The translations under genes and the position numbers were made by a program. A stretch of DNA of 64,000 nt. Origin: the human T2T-CHM13v2.0 reference genome, Homo sapiens. Positions within the stretch are counted from its first letter, which is position 1. Every line of letters starts with the position of its first letter. Of the stretch, positions 1-14,637 are shown one piece after another. Location: assembly GCF_009914755.1 (NCBI RefSeq), contig NC_060927.1; one strand, given 5' to 3'. Under the pieces are notes generated by a model. It saw only the letters and a program-made list of their open reading frames with translations. It had not been told where the DNA came from and did no database searches.

Positions 1-2302
1 CTGGAATCCAGGCCTTCACAACCAGGTTCAGAGCTCTGTCTACTGGCCCAAGGCTCCTTCTCTCTCATGGCACCAGCTACTTCTCGTATTGGAATCTTGC
101 TGATGTCCCTTGCATGGGACACATTGTTTCATCGAATCTGAGCAGGAGGTGGATTTTTGTCTCTATTTTTTTTTCAGTGCACTTGAAGTACTTCATAACT
201 TTAAAATGCACTCAAATGAAAAGACTTGGTGGGAGGCCCAGACTGCTATCATGGATTTGGGCGTCAGACATGCAAACTCAGACCAAAGGGAGATGTTGTC
301 AGAGTTGTTAAAAGAAGGATTCTGTTGTCTTGGATCCCACTGGCAGGCCTGGGCCACACATGAGCATTTAACTGGCAGGGATTAAATAAACCAGATGGTC
401 CCAGGCGATGGGCAAGATGGGATAACGTCACAGGACAAATAGCCCAAGGGGAGAAGAGAGTCCTCACTTTCAAACTAGGTCAGCATCTTCTGAGACCACA
501 GGCCTGGTCTACATCTACACTGTGACCTTCGGATCCCCAGGCTTGCTCTGGTTGGTGCTGGCCTGTTGGTATCCATTGGGGTATCATAACCTCTGACTTT
601 GTAGAGGTCTCCTTTGGGACTGAAAGATGCTGGCAGGGAAGACATGTTTTTGCCCATGCTGATCTGTTTGTCATTCAGACACTCACCCTGGGTACCGTCC
701 AGGCCCCACACACCTTCCCATTGTCATCACACTGCTTTATCCTAATACCCCATTCCTCAGAGAAGACTCCCTTGGTGGCTTTGTGATCTGCCTAGGTGTT
801 GAAATGGTCCTGGTTCTTTTTCCTTATTATCAGAAGCTCATTGCTAGGAATTGAGCTTGTGTTTCTGCATTCAAATGACATTTTTCTTTTCTTCTTGAAA
901 AAAAAAATGCCAACACAGGAAATTGTTGCAAAGGCACTGTTTGTCTCCTTCCCTCAAGTTCAGAGAACCCATGGCTTCCTTTCTATGGACAAGTGCTGGT
1001 ACCAGTGGGTCACAGAAAGACCAGGGACCTGGGAAACGATTTCTGCTTTTGGGTTTTGGTTTCTGCCCTCTTTTCTCTCTACTTCTCTACTAATTCACTG
1101 TGAAGTGTTAACAGAGGTTGAGAATCTGTTAAAAGTGACTTCTCTAAGCCCAGCCCTAGGTTCTCAGAGCCCCCAGAAGGAGATTCCTCTCCTCCCTGTA
1201 AGCTGGCCTGCCTCGTTCAGGACCATTAGGTCTCTTGCCTAATGTACTGTAGCCATCTTGAGTCTCCCTCAGTTCACTGCATTTAATGCCTCATTTGAAA
1301 GGGAAAGCTGATCACATCTCTCTTTGGTTTAAAATCCTTAGATGGCTCCCTATTCCCAAAAGCAAGCTGTGTATTCAAGGCTTTTTATAATCCTGCACAT
1401 AGAGATCTTCCCAAATGGTGTGATGTTCTTTCTCCCAAACTGTCTGTCTCTCTAGGGACTATATCATTCAGTTTTCCACAAATGCCTGGTGTCCTTTCAT
1501 ATCTCCGCTTTCTCATATGCTACTCCCCATTGCCTGGGATGCTCCTCCTCCTCTTGGTTTACTACTGCAAGGTAAAACAGTACCATTCTTTCCAGAAAAC
1601 ACTAGTGCAGAAAGGTCTTAGCAATGGTGTTGCTACTGAGAGTCACAAAATAGTTCTGGACCACGGGCTACAATATCAGGGAATCTATCTCATCTCTGTC
1701 TCTTGCTGGTTGAGTGACCTAAGTCAGAGGTTGCACACTGGTGGGAGAGCCTATAATAATGACTTTCAAATTGCATGTCCATTAGAATCACCTGTGGATC
1801 TTTAGAAAATCCCAGTGCTCAGGCCTTACTCTAGATTGATCATATTTGGATCTCTGTGGTTGAGACACAGACATTGGCATTTCTTTAAACTCCCCAGGTA
1901 ATGCCTGTGTGTAGCCTTGATTGAGAGCCATTGGTGTTAGAGTTAAGGGATTAGGCTCCAGAGTCCATCAGAACTGGTTTCAAATCCTGGTTTCTCCATC
2001 TCCTAGCTGAGAGATCTTGGGTCACATTTTTTTAAATGACATTTTTGTTTTGAGAAGTATTGGAAGGTTGTGAAGATGGTACAGGAAGTTCTGATGAATA
2101 CTACACCAGTTTCCTCTATTATTACCATCTTATATTTGTTTAGTACATTTCTCACAATTAATGAACCAAGATTGATACGTTATTATTAAATAAAGTCCAA
2201 ATTTTATTCAGATTTCCTTAGTTTTCACCTGATGTTTTTGTCTTTTCCAGGATCCCATCCAGGATATCACATTACATTTATTTGTCATATCTCCTTAGGT
2301 TC

Positions 2303-3025
<723 letters not shown>

Positions 3026-4721
3026 CATTTTGGCTCCTCTTGGCTGTGATAGTTTCTTAGAATGTCCCCGTTTTTGATGACCTTAACAGTTTTGATGAGG
3101 GTTGGTCAGGTACTTGGTAGAATGTCCCTCAGTTGGGATTTACCTGATGTGTTTCTCATGATTAGCCTGGGGTTATGGGATTTGGAGGGAAGAACACAGA
3201 GGTACAAAGCCATTTTCATCATGGCACACAAAGTCACATAGCATCCATGTGACTTAACACTTTTGTATTAACCTTGATTACCCGGCTGAGGTAGTGTTTA
3301 TCAGGCTTCTGCACAGCAGAATGATTGTGTCCTGCCCCACCTTTTATACTATATTCTTTGGAAAGAAATCACTATGTGCTGCCAACACTTAAGGGATGGG
3401 GACTCATGCTGCATCTCTGGAGGGATGCACGATTTTGCATTTTTTCAAGGGGAGATTGGTCTATTCTTCCAGTTGATTTATTTGTTCAATAATTTAGTCA
3501 CATAAGTATGTACTCATGAATATTTATTTTATACTTTGGGTTATTATCCAATGCTATGTTGCTTTGTTGCTCAACATTCCAGCTTTGGCCAGTGGAAGCT
3601 CTTTCATTTGGCTCCTGTGTCCCTTTGACATATCCTCAGCGTTTCTTCACTTTCTGGGACTGCAAGATGCTCCAGTCTCAGCTTGTGTGTTTCTTGCCCC
3701 AATCCCGGAATCAGTCATTTCTTCAAAGAGCCTGTGTTCCTTTTATCGGATGATGATATTTTAGAAACCAAGACCTGTGTACTAAGAGTGCTCATTGTTG
3801 CTGGGGTATTTGTGCTCCTAAGTCGGCCCACATTTTACACTTCACTGCACTCCAGGTTGCTCACCTGTAAAAGGGGGATAAGTATAGTCCTTTCATGAAT
3901 TTTCTTGTGAAAATTAAATTAGAGAATGTGTATAACAAGCAGATAGTAAGTACTCAAAAATGTTAGTGGTGATTATTTCCCATATAACCTTTTACATTTG
4001 AGTGAACTTATAATTTTCTAAGTTCTTTCCTATCTGCTAATTCATCAGATTCAACAGCCTCAGGAGAGAGGTTATTCTAGCGGTGTAGAGATGGGAAAAT
4101 TAAATAAATAAGGGAGTCAACCTACGCTGCACTAGAATTCAAGTCTTTTGATTTTGAGACTTATTCTAGACCAAGATTGGTTTCCACCTCTGTCATATGA
4201 GTGGTCTACATTCCCCTCCCTGACTCTTGCCCAACTCTAGCTTGAAGGGCTTCTTGGTGGTGGTGTTTCTTTGATTCTTGTTCTCCATTGAGTAAGATTA
4301 ACTCAAGGCAGAAAGAAGGCATGTACTCCAATCCAGAACAGGCCACTCATAGACATGGCACCATATTTTCTAAACCAAACACTGAACATATGATTCAAAT
4401 TTATTAAATGCCACTGATAATAGTAAATTTAATAAATGAGTGGCATTTAATAATTGTAATGTGGATGCAGAAACATTGACATTCTGGGATATTTTGATAA
4501 TTTACAGGAATAATAGGACAGGTATTTAAACAGAACTGACCCAAAAACCTAAGACATGCTTTTGTATCTACAACAATCTTCCCATCATAGTCTCTCTCCC
4601 TTCATGGTACAGTGATCCTACACGAATACAACAAAATGTTGGTAAATGAAAGCAACTCACTATAATCATCAGTGCATAAAAGACATACAAACAAACAGGG
4701 AGCTTTGACTCAATGCAGATG

Positions 4722-4727
4722 TTTATT
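4722..4727 (-). terminator. MASP1: Candidate distal polyA signal of MASP-1 (another AATAAA at 4400-4405)
   Basis: tttatt on + strand followed on the - strand by TGTTTGTTTGTATGTCTTTT, a GU/U-rich downstream element. Confidence 0.55.
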
Positions 4728-7099
4728 AGAACTAATGTTTGTTTTTTCATACGAGCAACAGCTTCTGTTGTTAATAAAATCCGGGCATGATTATTATTGC
4801 TAACAGCAGCACTCATGGTATGAAATTATAGCTTCAGTTATACAAACTGTATTCTAGAGAGGTGGGTTTTGGTTGCACAAAGAGGAGACCTTTTAAAGAG
4901 GCAGCACATTTAAAACATTTTCTTACTTATTTTTTTAAATTAATATTCACAATCAGTGATTCAAAAAGCAGCAATTTTAAAGTTGAATGAGCTGCAATTG
5001 GGGGTAGTGAGTTTCTCATCAGTAGAAATGCTCAAGAATGAGGTCGCGAAGTTAGACAAGGTTGTTGTCCTCACAGATACTCCAGCCCTCTGCTTCTATG
5101 GCTCTGTGAGAGATCTGGGTTTCTTGGACCTTAGCAGCAGTGCAGGAGCTGGCACAGCTAATAAGTGCTTGTAGGTCACGGGGAAGCCTGGGTTCCATGG
5201 CCTATTTAGACATTTTCTCAGGATAAGGATGAAATTGCAATTGGAGAAATAAACAGAATAAGCTGGGTCCAGCCAGAAGTCAGTATTTGTGCACAAACCT
5301 TGAGGCCATTTCAAGTCCTGTTTAGAATTCTAACTTTAAGGAGAAAAGCTCTTTTTGGTGTTGGTTCTGATCCCAGAAAAAGAGTCCACTGGACATGTGT
5401 TTTTGTGGGAGGAGCTGGTATAATAAAGGACATCTTGAGTGGACATTTACTATTGTTCTCCCTCCATGTGGAAGGCCTCCTCCGTCTTACCTGTGGACAA
5501 GGCTCTGGTCCAGTCACCTCTTCTGGGAAGCCTTCTTGATTGATATCTCCTCCCCCAAAACCTTCATACCAGAATGGTCTTTCTTTTACCTCCATGACTT
5601 TCCAAAGCAGCACTTGGCAGGGTTTGTTCTATTACATGGTAGTCAATTACATATGTTTCATGTCTCCCAATAGGAGCTCCTAGAAGGTATAAATGATACT
5701 CTCTTCATCTAGGTAGTTCCCACAGGAGCCACCACAGCCTGGGATGTTGGGGTGTGCCCAGGCAGTGCTTGAAATGGGAAGATATGGTGTCTTGGGATGC
5801 CTTGGGATGATTCCAAAACAGCATTACAGTTCTTCTTTGGCATTGAAAATGGAGTTTCTGCTAGCTTGACAAGTGTCTGATGGAGCTGGGTCCCATTGCC
5901 ACCTTCCCCTTACAGAATAAACAGCAGGGCACAAAGAGGTAGAATGACTTGTTTATAGAACCAGAGGCAGGCTGTGAATTGCTGTCCCTGAGTATTCAGC
6001 CTGGGGCTTAATATATATATATATATGTTCTCATTCTCCATTATCTTCCTCTTTTTTTTCAAGAGACCTGGAATTACTCCAACAGCTGCATACAGGTCAA
6101 GAGTTAAAGTCCCCCAGGGAAGATCAATTTCTATAAAACAGAAGACAGGAACTTGGAGCTTCTGATCCCTTGGAGGGCTTATATCTTGGAGCTCTGGAGG
6201 GCATAAAGTCTCTAGAAGCTTCCTGAGAGAGGATGGGAGAGGCATTTTGCTTGGAAAACACTTATGGCCTTGCAAGATGAGGGAGTTCAGGGTGAGGCTC
6301 AGGGGTGAGGAGTCGGGGAACGGCTGCTTGGGGTCAGCTGTGGACATAGGAAGGAAGAGTATAGGGGCCTGGGGTACAAACTACCAGGGCCCACCTCATG
6401 CAGCCCAGTTTCCCAAGAAGGGAAGGAGGCCAGGGCCCAGAGCAGATGCTCTGCTTAGGAATAAGGAAGGATCCTTTGGCTCACACTTTGCCTGTCCCAT
6501 GTCCTTGGGAACCCACCCGTAGTGGAAAGGGGTGGGTATTTCAGGAGCAGCAGCAGCAGCATTTTGTCTGCATCAAAGTTCCTTTGAACCGATTGTAATT
6601 TTTGCCTTTTGGTTACATTGGCTTTACCTCATCTTATCAGGGGGAAAATGGCTTCATTGTATCTTAGATCGTCAGAGCTTGGAGGACCCTTTGAGATGAG
6701 GGAGGAGGACTTGCATAGGGTCATACAGGGGGCTAAGGGCAGAGCTAGTTCTAGAACCAGGTGTCTGCCTTCCCAAACCACAATCCCCAGGCTCCCTCCT
6801 GTCCCTGCTTCTCTCAGGCCCTCCCGCAATCTGTCATCTAGTGCATGTTCCTAGTTACATTTGCTAGGGGACATACCACAGGACTCAGAACCTTGTCTGT
6901 TTTACTTTTTTAGGGATGAGGGTGAAGATTGATGTTGGGCAAGTTGCACGGTGGCAAAAAAGCATACAGCATTTAAGGGCAGATGGAGATGGTCAAGGTT
7001 GAGGGGAGAGGTGTGTCACTGATCAATGCTAAGACCCAGGCAGGGGTTTGTAAGAGAGCTTCGTCTGCCTGGTAGACACATCGACCTTCTGCTAAGGTG

Positions 7100-7302
7100 C
7101 ATTTATTGAAAACAGTGTATGCTATGCACTCTGTTAAGTGCTATGCATCTATTAGTTAATCTTTTCCTCATCAGACTTTTACGAGGTAGGTAAGGTATAG
7201 CGTTTCCATCTTATGAAGAAACTGAAGTTCGAAGAGATGAAGTCACCTGCCCAGCACTGCAAACTAGTAAGTGATAGAGCCTGGATTCGGCCTGTGTTCT
7301 GA
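7100..7302 (-). mobile_element. MIR in MASP-1 3' UTR
   Basis: catttattga...tgaagaaactgaagttc...gtcacctgcccagc...ctagtaagtgatagagc core. Confidence 0.7.
7102..7107 (-). terminator. MASP1: Candidate proximal polyA signal of MASP-1
   Basis: AATAAA on - strand about 390 nt after the stop, at the tail of a MIR. Confidence 0.6.
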
Positions 7303-7492
7303 CCACTCTCTTGCTCCATCTCTTTAAAGAGAGTGAAAAGGGGGTGAAGATACCTGCTCTATTGCCCAGTAATGGATAGGCCGAAGGAGGGGGGATGGGA
7401 GGAAGGAAAGGAGAAATGGCTGCTTTCATCGGAGGATCGTCCTCTGCTACTGACTGCCCACAGCTGGTGGTGCTGGGGCTGAGGAGCCAAAT

Positions 7493-7683
7493 TCAGTTCC
7501 TCACTCCGGTGACCCTCTGGATCCAGTCCTTGTTGTGGTGGATGTAAGAGTATACTCCGTAGCGGTCCTTCTTCCCACAGTCATCACCCCAGGACACAGT
7601 GCCCACCAGGTACCACTGGCCTCTTTCTCTATTCAGGGTCACCATGGGGCCTCCAGAGTCACCCGCACAGGCGTCCTTTCCCC
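7493..7683 (-). CDS. MASP1: Exon 18 coding part, MASP-1 protease C-terminus with catalytic Ser ([13 protein letters not shown]...RVTGVRN-stop)
   Basis: 191 nt, acceptor cctag|GG; Ser codon TCT at 7655-7657; TGA at 7493-7495. Confidence 0.98.
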
Positions 7684-7863
7684 CTAGGTGAAAAAGAGAC
7701 ATAGATGAAGATAAAATGCCCCTTCCCAGCCCAAGTCTCCTTCTCCCATGTATGGGTTGTAGTTCAGAGAATTGGGCACTAGAGGGCATAGCAGACCGTT
7801 GGACCCAAACCTCAGCTCTGGGCAGTTCTAGGTCAGGCCGCATCAGAGCTCAAATGATTCTAA

Positions 7864-8232
<369 letters not shown>

Positions 8233-8456
8233 TAAGGGAAACACTGAACTTGGGAAGGGAATGATGAGCATCCTGTAAATATCTTTTCTCCGATGCATCT
8301 TCTCCTGTGGAATCCCTCCTCCCACGGCCTTCCTCCAGTCCCCCGCGCCCCCACACTGCCAGCCCACCAGGTTGGGAGGCCTCTGTGCTCCCTTGCTGGC
8401 TCTGCACCACTCCCTGGCTGGCAGCGCCCCTGTTGTATGCCAGCCTCTTAACCCAC

Positions 8457-8556
8457 CTTCCTTCTCCCCAGCACAGATCATGTCCCTGGTCACTTTCTTC
8501 TTCAGCGGGGCATAAGCCTTCTGGCAGGTGCTGTGGTCAACAATCGGGATTTCAAT
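8457..8556 (-). CDS. MASP1: Exon 17, MASP-1 protease (IEIPIVDHSTCQKAYAPLKKKVTRDMICAGEKE)
   Basis: 100 nt, acceptor tctag|ATT, donor G|gtgggt. Confidence 0.97.
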
Positions 8557-10548
8557 CTAGAACACAAAGCTGTTATTGGTCCTCATCCCCGGCTGAGAAG
8601 CCTCTGCTATTCTGACACCCCTGAAGACGGCTCCTCTCCACTCCATACCTGGACGGACCTGTGTCTACCTTAGACTTGATCTAAGAGACTGCCCCATGCT
8701 ACAGGTGAAGGAACAGTTGAATGGAGAATCAGGAGGCCCGTGTTCTAGGGCAGTCTTGGCTGTGAAGACCTTGGCTGTGTGAACTTGGGCAAGTCACATG
8801 CCCTCTCTGGGCCTCAGATCTCTCTTCAGTAAGATAGAGGTAATAATACTTGCCTAGGAGATGTATTAGTCAATAGGACAATGTATACAAAAATGAAGTT
8901 TGGTTTTCTTTTGTCTCACCCCTACTGTAGGACCTAGAACATGTGGCTTACTCATTGTTTTTCAGACTCTGAGACCCTTTTTCCTCATCTGAAAAATGGA
9001 GGTTGCAGTATTTGATATACTAATCATTGTACAAAGAGGAGAGGCAGGAACAAGTGCTTTGTAAACTACACACACTGTATAAATATTAGCTACTGTGGAG
9101 TTATCACTGCTGGCTTTGCAGCAAGCACTTTGTTATGTTGTCCTCCCTCTCTACAGTATGAGCATCTGTCTCGATGCTGGATCTGTATTTTATGCATTTC
9201 TATCTTACATTGCTTGGAGCTTAGTAGATACCCAGAAAATATATATATTTTTTGCAATGCAGCAAAATCGATACATAAAAATAAGGCATTGTGACTATTA
9301 TTGCCCTTGATCCGGTGTGGGGGTAACTGTTGGAGTAGATGTCTGGAATAAAAAGAGGAAACATATGATTCTCTTTCAGTCAAATCAAGAACTGAATGGG
9401 CCATATTCTCTAAATGGACAACTCCTGTTGCCCTTGCTGGGAGGAAACCAGAGGCCATTCAGATCCCTCTTGGGTCATGGCCTTCCCTGGATAAGGGGAG
9501 AGGAAGCCAGGGCAGGGTGGTCCTGAGGACAGATCCTCAGCAACTGCTGAGCACCTGATTCATCGTTCAGGTATCATTTCAGCATCACTTCCTTTGGGAA
9601 TGCCTCCTGAACCCCTGAGACAAGATCAGATTCTCTTTCATATGTTCTGGAGCATCCTGCATTTCTCTCTCTCCACCTTTATCACATCCATAACTACTTT
9701 CTGTCCATTCCACTTGACCATGAGCCCAAGGGGGCCAGGGACCAGATCTATCCTTTTACCCCAGCACAGCTAGTAGCTAGTACAGTGTCTGGTACCAAGG
9801 AAACACCAAATAGACCCCCGGGAGTTAGTGAATGAAGGGATGAATGGTTGTTGCAAATCCCAAATTTTAAAATATGTCAAAATAATATATGTGGAAGAAT
9901 TTAGAAACTAGCTGTGTCAGTCATAGGCCCCGGTGATATCAGAGCCAAGCAACTCTTTGATGGCAGCTCGTGTTGCCCCATAACTCTGCAGTTGGAAATA
10001 GTATCTTATGGTCTAGAGAGGCAAAATAACTTGCTTCAGATGACCCAGCAAGTTAGTGGGAGCCAAGACTTGAAACTATGGCTCCTTACTTTTAGTTAAG
10101 TGTTTTTTTTTTTTTTCCTTGAACTGATAGGAATATGAACTTCTAAGTGTAACTGCCAAGTTCATTACTGCAAGGACTGTGGTTCTCAAGAGCCTGGCTC
10201 ATTCTGGCCAATTTGGTGTACAGTTCTCATGGTGCACAGCTGGATTGTCACCATGGGGGTGTCTAAACTTGCTGTTTTCTGGGAGAATTTTCATAAGCTA
10301 AGCCTTTAATAAGCTACCAGAAAAACTTAACCGTGTTTAGAGGCTAGAGTCCATGACATGTAGAACAAACAAATCAAGCTTTCTGGGGTTCAAAGTCCCA
10401 TTGAACTTTGGAGGTGGGTCTGGGCTCCTAGTTTCCCACTCACCAACCCCCACCCAAGCCTCAAAATCCCTAAGGGAACAATACGGAGCAGGAAGGCCCA
10501 GTGCAGAGCTGAGGTGTCACTGTCTGTAGGTTATAAAGTGAACTTCAC

Positions 10549-10616
10549 CTCCATCAGGGTCTCTGGGAACCTTTGCAAGAACTGCTTCCCCCAGCCGCTG
10601 ACGATGACCATGGCTC
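10549..10616 (-). CDS. MASP1: Exon 16, MASP-1 protease (GAMVIVSGWGKQFLQRFPETLME)
   Basis: 68 nt, acceptor tccag|GA, donor GAG|gtgaag. Confidence 0.96.
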
Positions 10617-11748
10617 CTGGAGGAGAGAAGATACTGTGAGAACAGAGAAGCTATCTGTGGGGTGTTTGGAGGGGTGCAGCTTGCAGCTCCATCATCCTCT
10701 TCTGTGGAGGAAAGACTGGATTGTTCTTCTCAGAGAAAGGTGGTGTGGTGGGGAGGAAGACGTGAAAGGCAGCTGGGCTACAGATTACCTGCAGCAGAGC
10801 TAGGGGCACTGGTTTCTATGATGTGTTACTGGCTTACTTGTTTAGTTTTCTATTCTGTCCCACCCTCAACTAGTCTGAAACCTAGGGTCCATGAGAGCAG
10901 AATCTCATTCTTGGTCACTGCTATATCACAGTGCCTATAGCAATGCTGTCACATAGTAGGTGCTCAATCAAGAACAGCGAATAAATAAAAAGCCCAGCCT
11001 AGTCCACTATGTGCTATGGTGCCTTTAGCCAGCCCTCCTCTCTGCTCCCCTTCTAAGCCTCTGTTTTCCTATCCATAAAATGAGGAGGCTGGACTTGGTA
11101 TTCTCTAAAACCCCTTTCAGAGTTGACATTCTAGAAGTCTATGAAGTTGGTAAATCTGTGGGGCAATGTGGAAGTGGGTTGAGCACTGACAGAGCAATTA
11201 TTTTCTCATTTGAAAAAGAGCCTGGATACTGAAAACAGTGTTGGGCTTAAAGTCAGAAAACCTGTACTATATCCCTAGATCTGCTTCATACAAGCTGCAT
11301 CTCGGGTGAGTCACCTCACCCTGCTGATCCTTAGTTTTCTCGTTTGTAAATGAGGCTACAGTGCCACCTTGCAAGGCTTGCATGGTTCGTAAATAAGTTA
11401 ATGAACATAAAGCACCTGGTGGGCACATGGCACCCAATGAGTCAAAGCCAGCTACACCTGTGCCTTTCCTGTTGGCTCAGTTCCCCTAAATACTCCTCAG
11501 ATTACATCTCAGCCATTTTTCTTTTGAGCTAAAGGAAGTGAACTTGATGTGGCACCACTGAAATTAGAATGAAAAGGAAGCCAGCTGACATGGGTCACCT
11601 ATGTTTAAGTATTATCTCAAACACGGAAATGCCACAGCCACCACATGGGATAGCATCTCCAGTTTAGAGGTAAGGGGATTGAGGCTTACTGAGGTTAAAT
11701 AACTTCCTGAAGATCACCCAGCTGGGAAATGGTCACAGTGGTGTTTGA

Positions 11749-12067
<319 letters not shown>

Positions 12068-12745
12068 TGTGCTGAGTATTAAGCCATTGTCCCCCAGCTT
12101 GAGACTTACCCTTCTACATTCTGCTTTGTGGTACTAGGGATGAGACTCTGAAGTGGGCAGTTCTACTTTGCTAGCTGGTTTCCTGAAAACAGGGGGCACT
12201 TTCAGAAAGGCAGGAAGACTTGCTTTGGCTGTTGGCATCATCCCTGGCAGTGGTTTTTCACCCCAGTAGTGGCCATTGTTTCCAGCTGTTTTCCTTAGCA
12301 CGTTAGACTCTTCTGCAGAGGTTCAGGTTCTGGCCCCATAGGGCCCCTTTTCCAAGCTTCTAATTTCTAACTCCAGGTTCTTACCTTTGTTTCCCCAGCC
12401 CTAGGGTTGGTGGTTTCTTCCTGCAGGTACCATCTCTATGATCTCAGCTCTTCCCTCTTACTTCTCCAATCCTCCAGTGCCCTATATTAAATTCTCTCTG
12501 TTACGATAACTAGTCTAGTTTTTGTTTTTCTATCTGGACCCTTAGGTCTGACTGTTTACTATGTGCTTCCCACAACTTTTGCTGCCTTGGACCCAGTTCT
12601 GACTTGGCTGTTTGAGGGGAAGCAGTTGGTGAGTCAAGCAGACACTGTCAGCTGACTTAATTGGCACCAGAGCTTCACCAACGTGAAGACGGACTCCTTG
12701 TGGAGGCACCAGCTGCCCTGCAGAGGTGGAGGTAGGGGAAAGTAC

Positions 12746-12931
12746 CTTCCTGCTGGGGTCCCTCAGGCAGACAGATGGGCATCACGAAGGCATTCAGCAC
12801 TGGGCTCTCCAACAGCTCCACCAGAGCCACGTCATTCTCGAATGTGTTGGGATCATACTGGGGGTGGAGAGTGGTGTGTTTGACGCCGAGATGCTGTTCA
12901 TTTTCATCTGACCGGAGCCTCCAATGCTTGC
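12746..12931 (-). CDS. MASP1: Exon 15, MASP-1 protease with catalytic Asp (GKHWRLRSDE...NDVALVEL...PICLPEGPQQE)
   Basis: 186 nt, acceptor cccag|GC, donor G|gtactt. Confidence 0.97.
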
Positions 12932-13828
12932 CTGGGCAAGAAGAAGACATGTGAGGCATGGGTGCAATGGAGGATAAGGTCACACCTTGTTCCCTGTCAG
13001 CCCCCGCCCCAGCCCCATCCAGCCCTTGCTTCCAGCCTTAGCCCTTTCACTGCCTTCATCCACCTTTCCCAGACATCCCACCCTATTGGTCATTCTCTAC
13101 ATAATCTCATGGGTCCCCACCTCTGTCTTTCTTCAGGAACTGATGCTGTTGCCTTGTAATGCTTGTTCTGATGCCTGCTGCCACATGTTCAATCCCTATC
13201 ATCACCTTCAGTGCCTGTGTCAAACATGACCTCCTCCAGGTAGCCTCTCAGACTCTTGGGTTAGAAGTCTTTCCCCTCTGAACTCCCATGGCATTTTATC
13301 TGTTCTTCTTCTACAAAACTTACTGCTGGCTACTTTCCGTTAGAGGTCTCTGTGCTCACATCTTATTCCTTTATTAGACTGTAAGCTCCCTGTGGGCAGA
13401 AACTAGGTCTTAATCATACTGTGTCCTTAGATCCTGGCATAATGTCAGTAGGTAAATATGTGTGGACCTGAATTGAATCAGCTGGTCATCTGATTTTATA
13501 AACAAGAGGGGAAATCTGGATCATATATGTATGATCTATTTGAAACCACAGGTTCATGGAAATCTAACAGGTCTTTGGAAATTATCTAGAGGCCTCCTCA
13601 TTTTATCGTTGTGAAACTGAAGCATAGACTTCAATGCCTTCTCATGGTCACGTGTCTGGAGAATCATATCTTGCACTTGGACTCAGGTTCCTGGACCTCC
13701 ATCCCAGGTGTCCTGCCCTGACAAATGAGTGAGCGAGTGAGTGAGCAGACACGCCTTGGAAAGGGCCAGTAGGTCATTCCCAGAACCACAGCTGGCTTTG
13801 GGAGTCAGCTTGCCCCTCACTCACTCAC

Positions 13829-13942
13829 CCAGGATGATTTTGAAGTCAGAAGGGCTGAGCAAGTCTGAATCACGTAGGGTCGGATCTTCCGGATCGAGTG
13901 ACTGGTGGAGGCAGTGTGCGGCGGTCACGATCCAGCTGGAGC
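13829..13942 (-). CDS. MASP1: Exon 14, MASP-1 protease with catalytic His (GSSWIVTAAHCLHQSLDPEDPTLRDSDLLSPSDFKIIL)
   Basis: 114 nt, acceptor cccag|GC, donor G|gtgagt. Confidence 0.97.
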
Positions 13943-14287
13943 CTGGGGAACAGAACACACGTCTCATCGTCCTGCACTACTGGGTCTTGCCTCCCTCTGT
14001 CTTGAGCTGAGGATCTTCAGGCTACTCCAGAGGACCCCTCAAGACCTTGAAAATGGCCATGCTTCTCTCCATTGTATTTTATGGCCCCCAACTCAAATGC
14101 TCATATGATCCTAATCTGAAGATGAGGATTTAAATCTGTGATTTTTACCTGCCTATTCCAACCAAGGCCAGGACTGAACATTGTAAACAGGATTTCAGGG
14201 ATCCTTTAAGCCCATGGCATTGGTGAGAGCCAGAGAGCCCAAGGTGGGTGCACAGAAAGCCTGTGGTCAACTGGCTGCCTTCTCAGG

Positions 14288-14637
14288 CCTTGCTTCTCAA
14301 AGTGTGGTGCCTGGACCAGCAACATTAGCATCACTTGGGGGCTTCTTAGAAATGAAGACTCTTAGGCCGGCCCCACCTCTGATCCACTGAATCAGAATTT
14401 TCATTTTAACAAGACTCTCCAGTAATTTGTATGCATATTAAAGTTTAAAATTGATGAATCCGAAGCTACCTACACTGGCTGCACGTTAGAATTACCTGGT
14501 GAATGAAAAAAGAGTAAATCAGTGTCTGGACCTATATCTAGACCATTTATGTCATGGGGGTGGAGCCCAAGCACAGATAATGTTTTAAACATTTCCTTAG
14601 TTAATTCTACTGCTGCCAGGGTGGAGAATCACTGCTC
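14288..14637. mobile_element. MER5-type hAT-Charlie MITE remnants (two adjacent pieces)
   Basis: cttctcaaagtgtggt...ggaccagcaacattagcatcacttggg...ctgaatcagaat. Confidence 0.65.
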
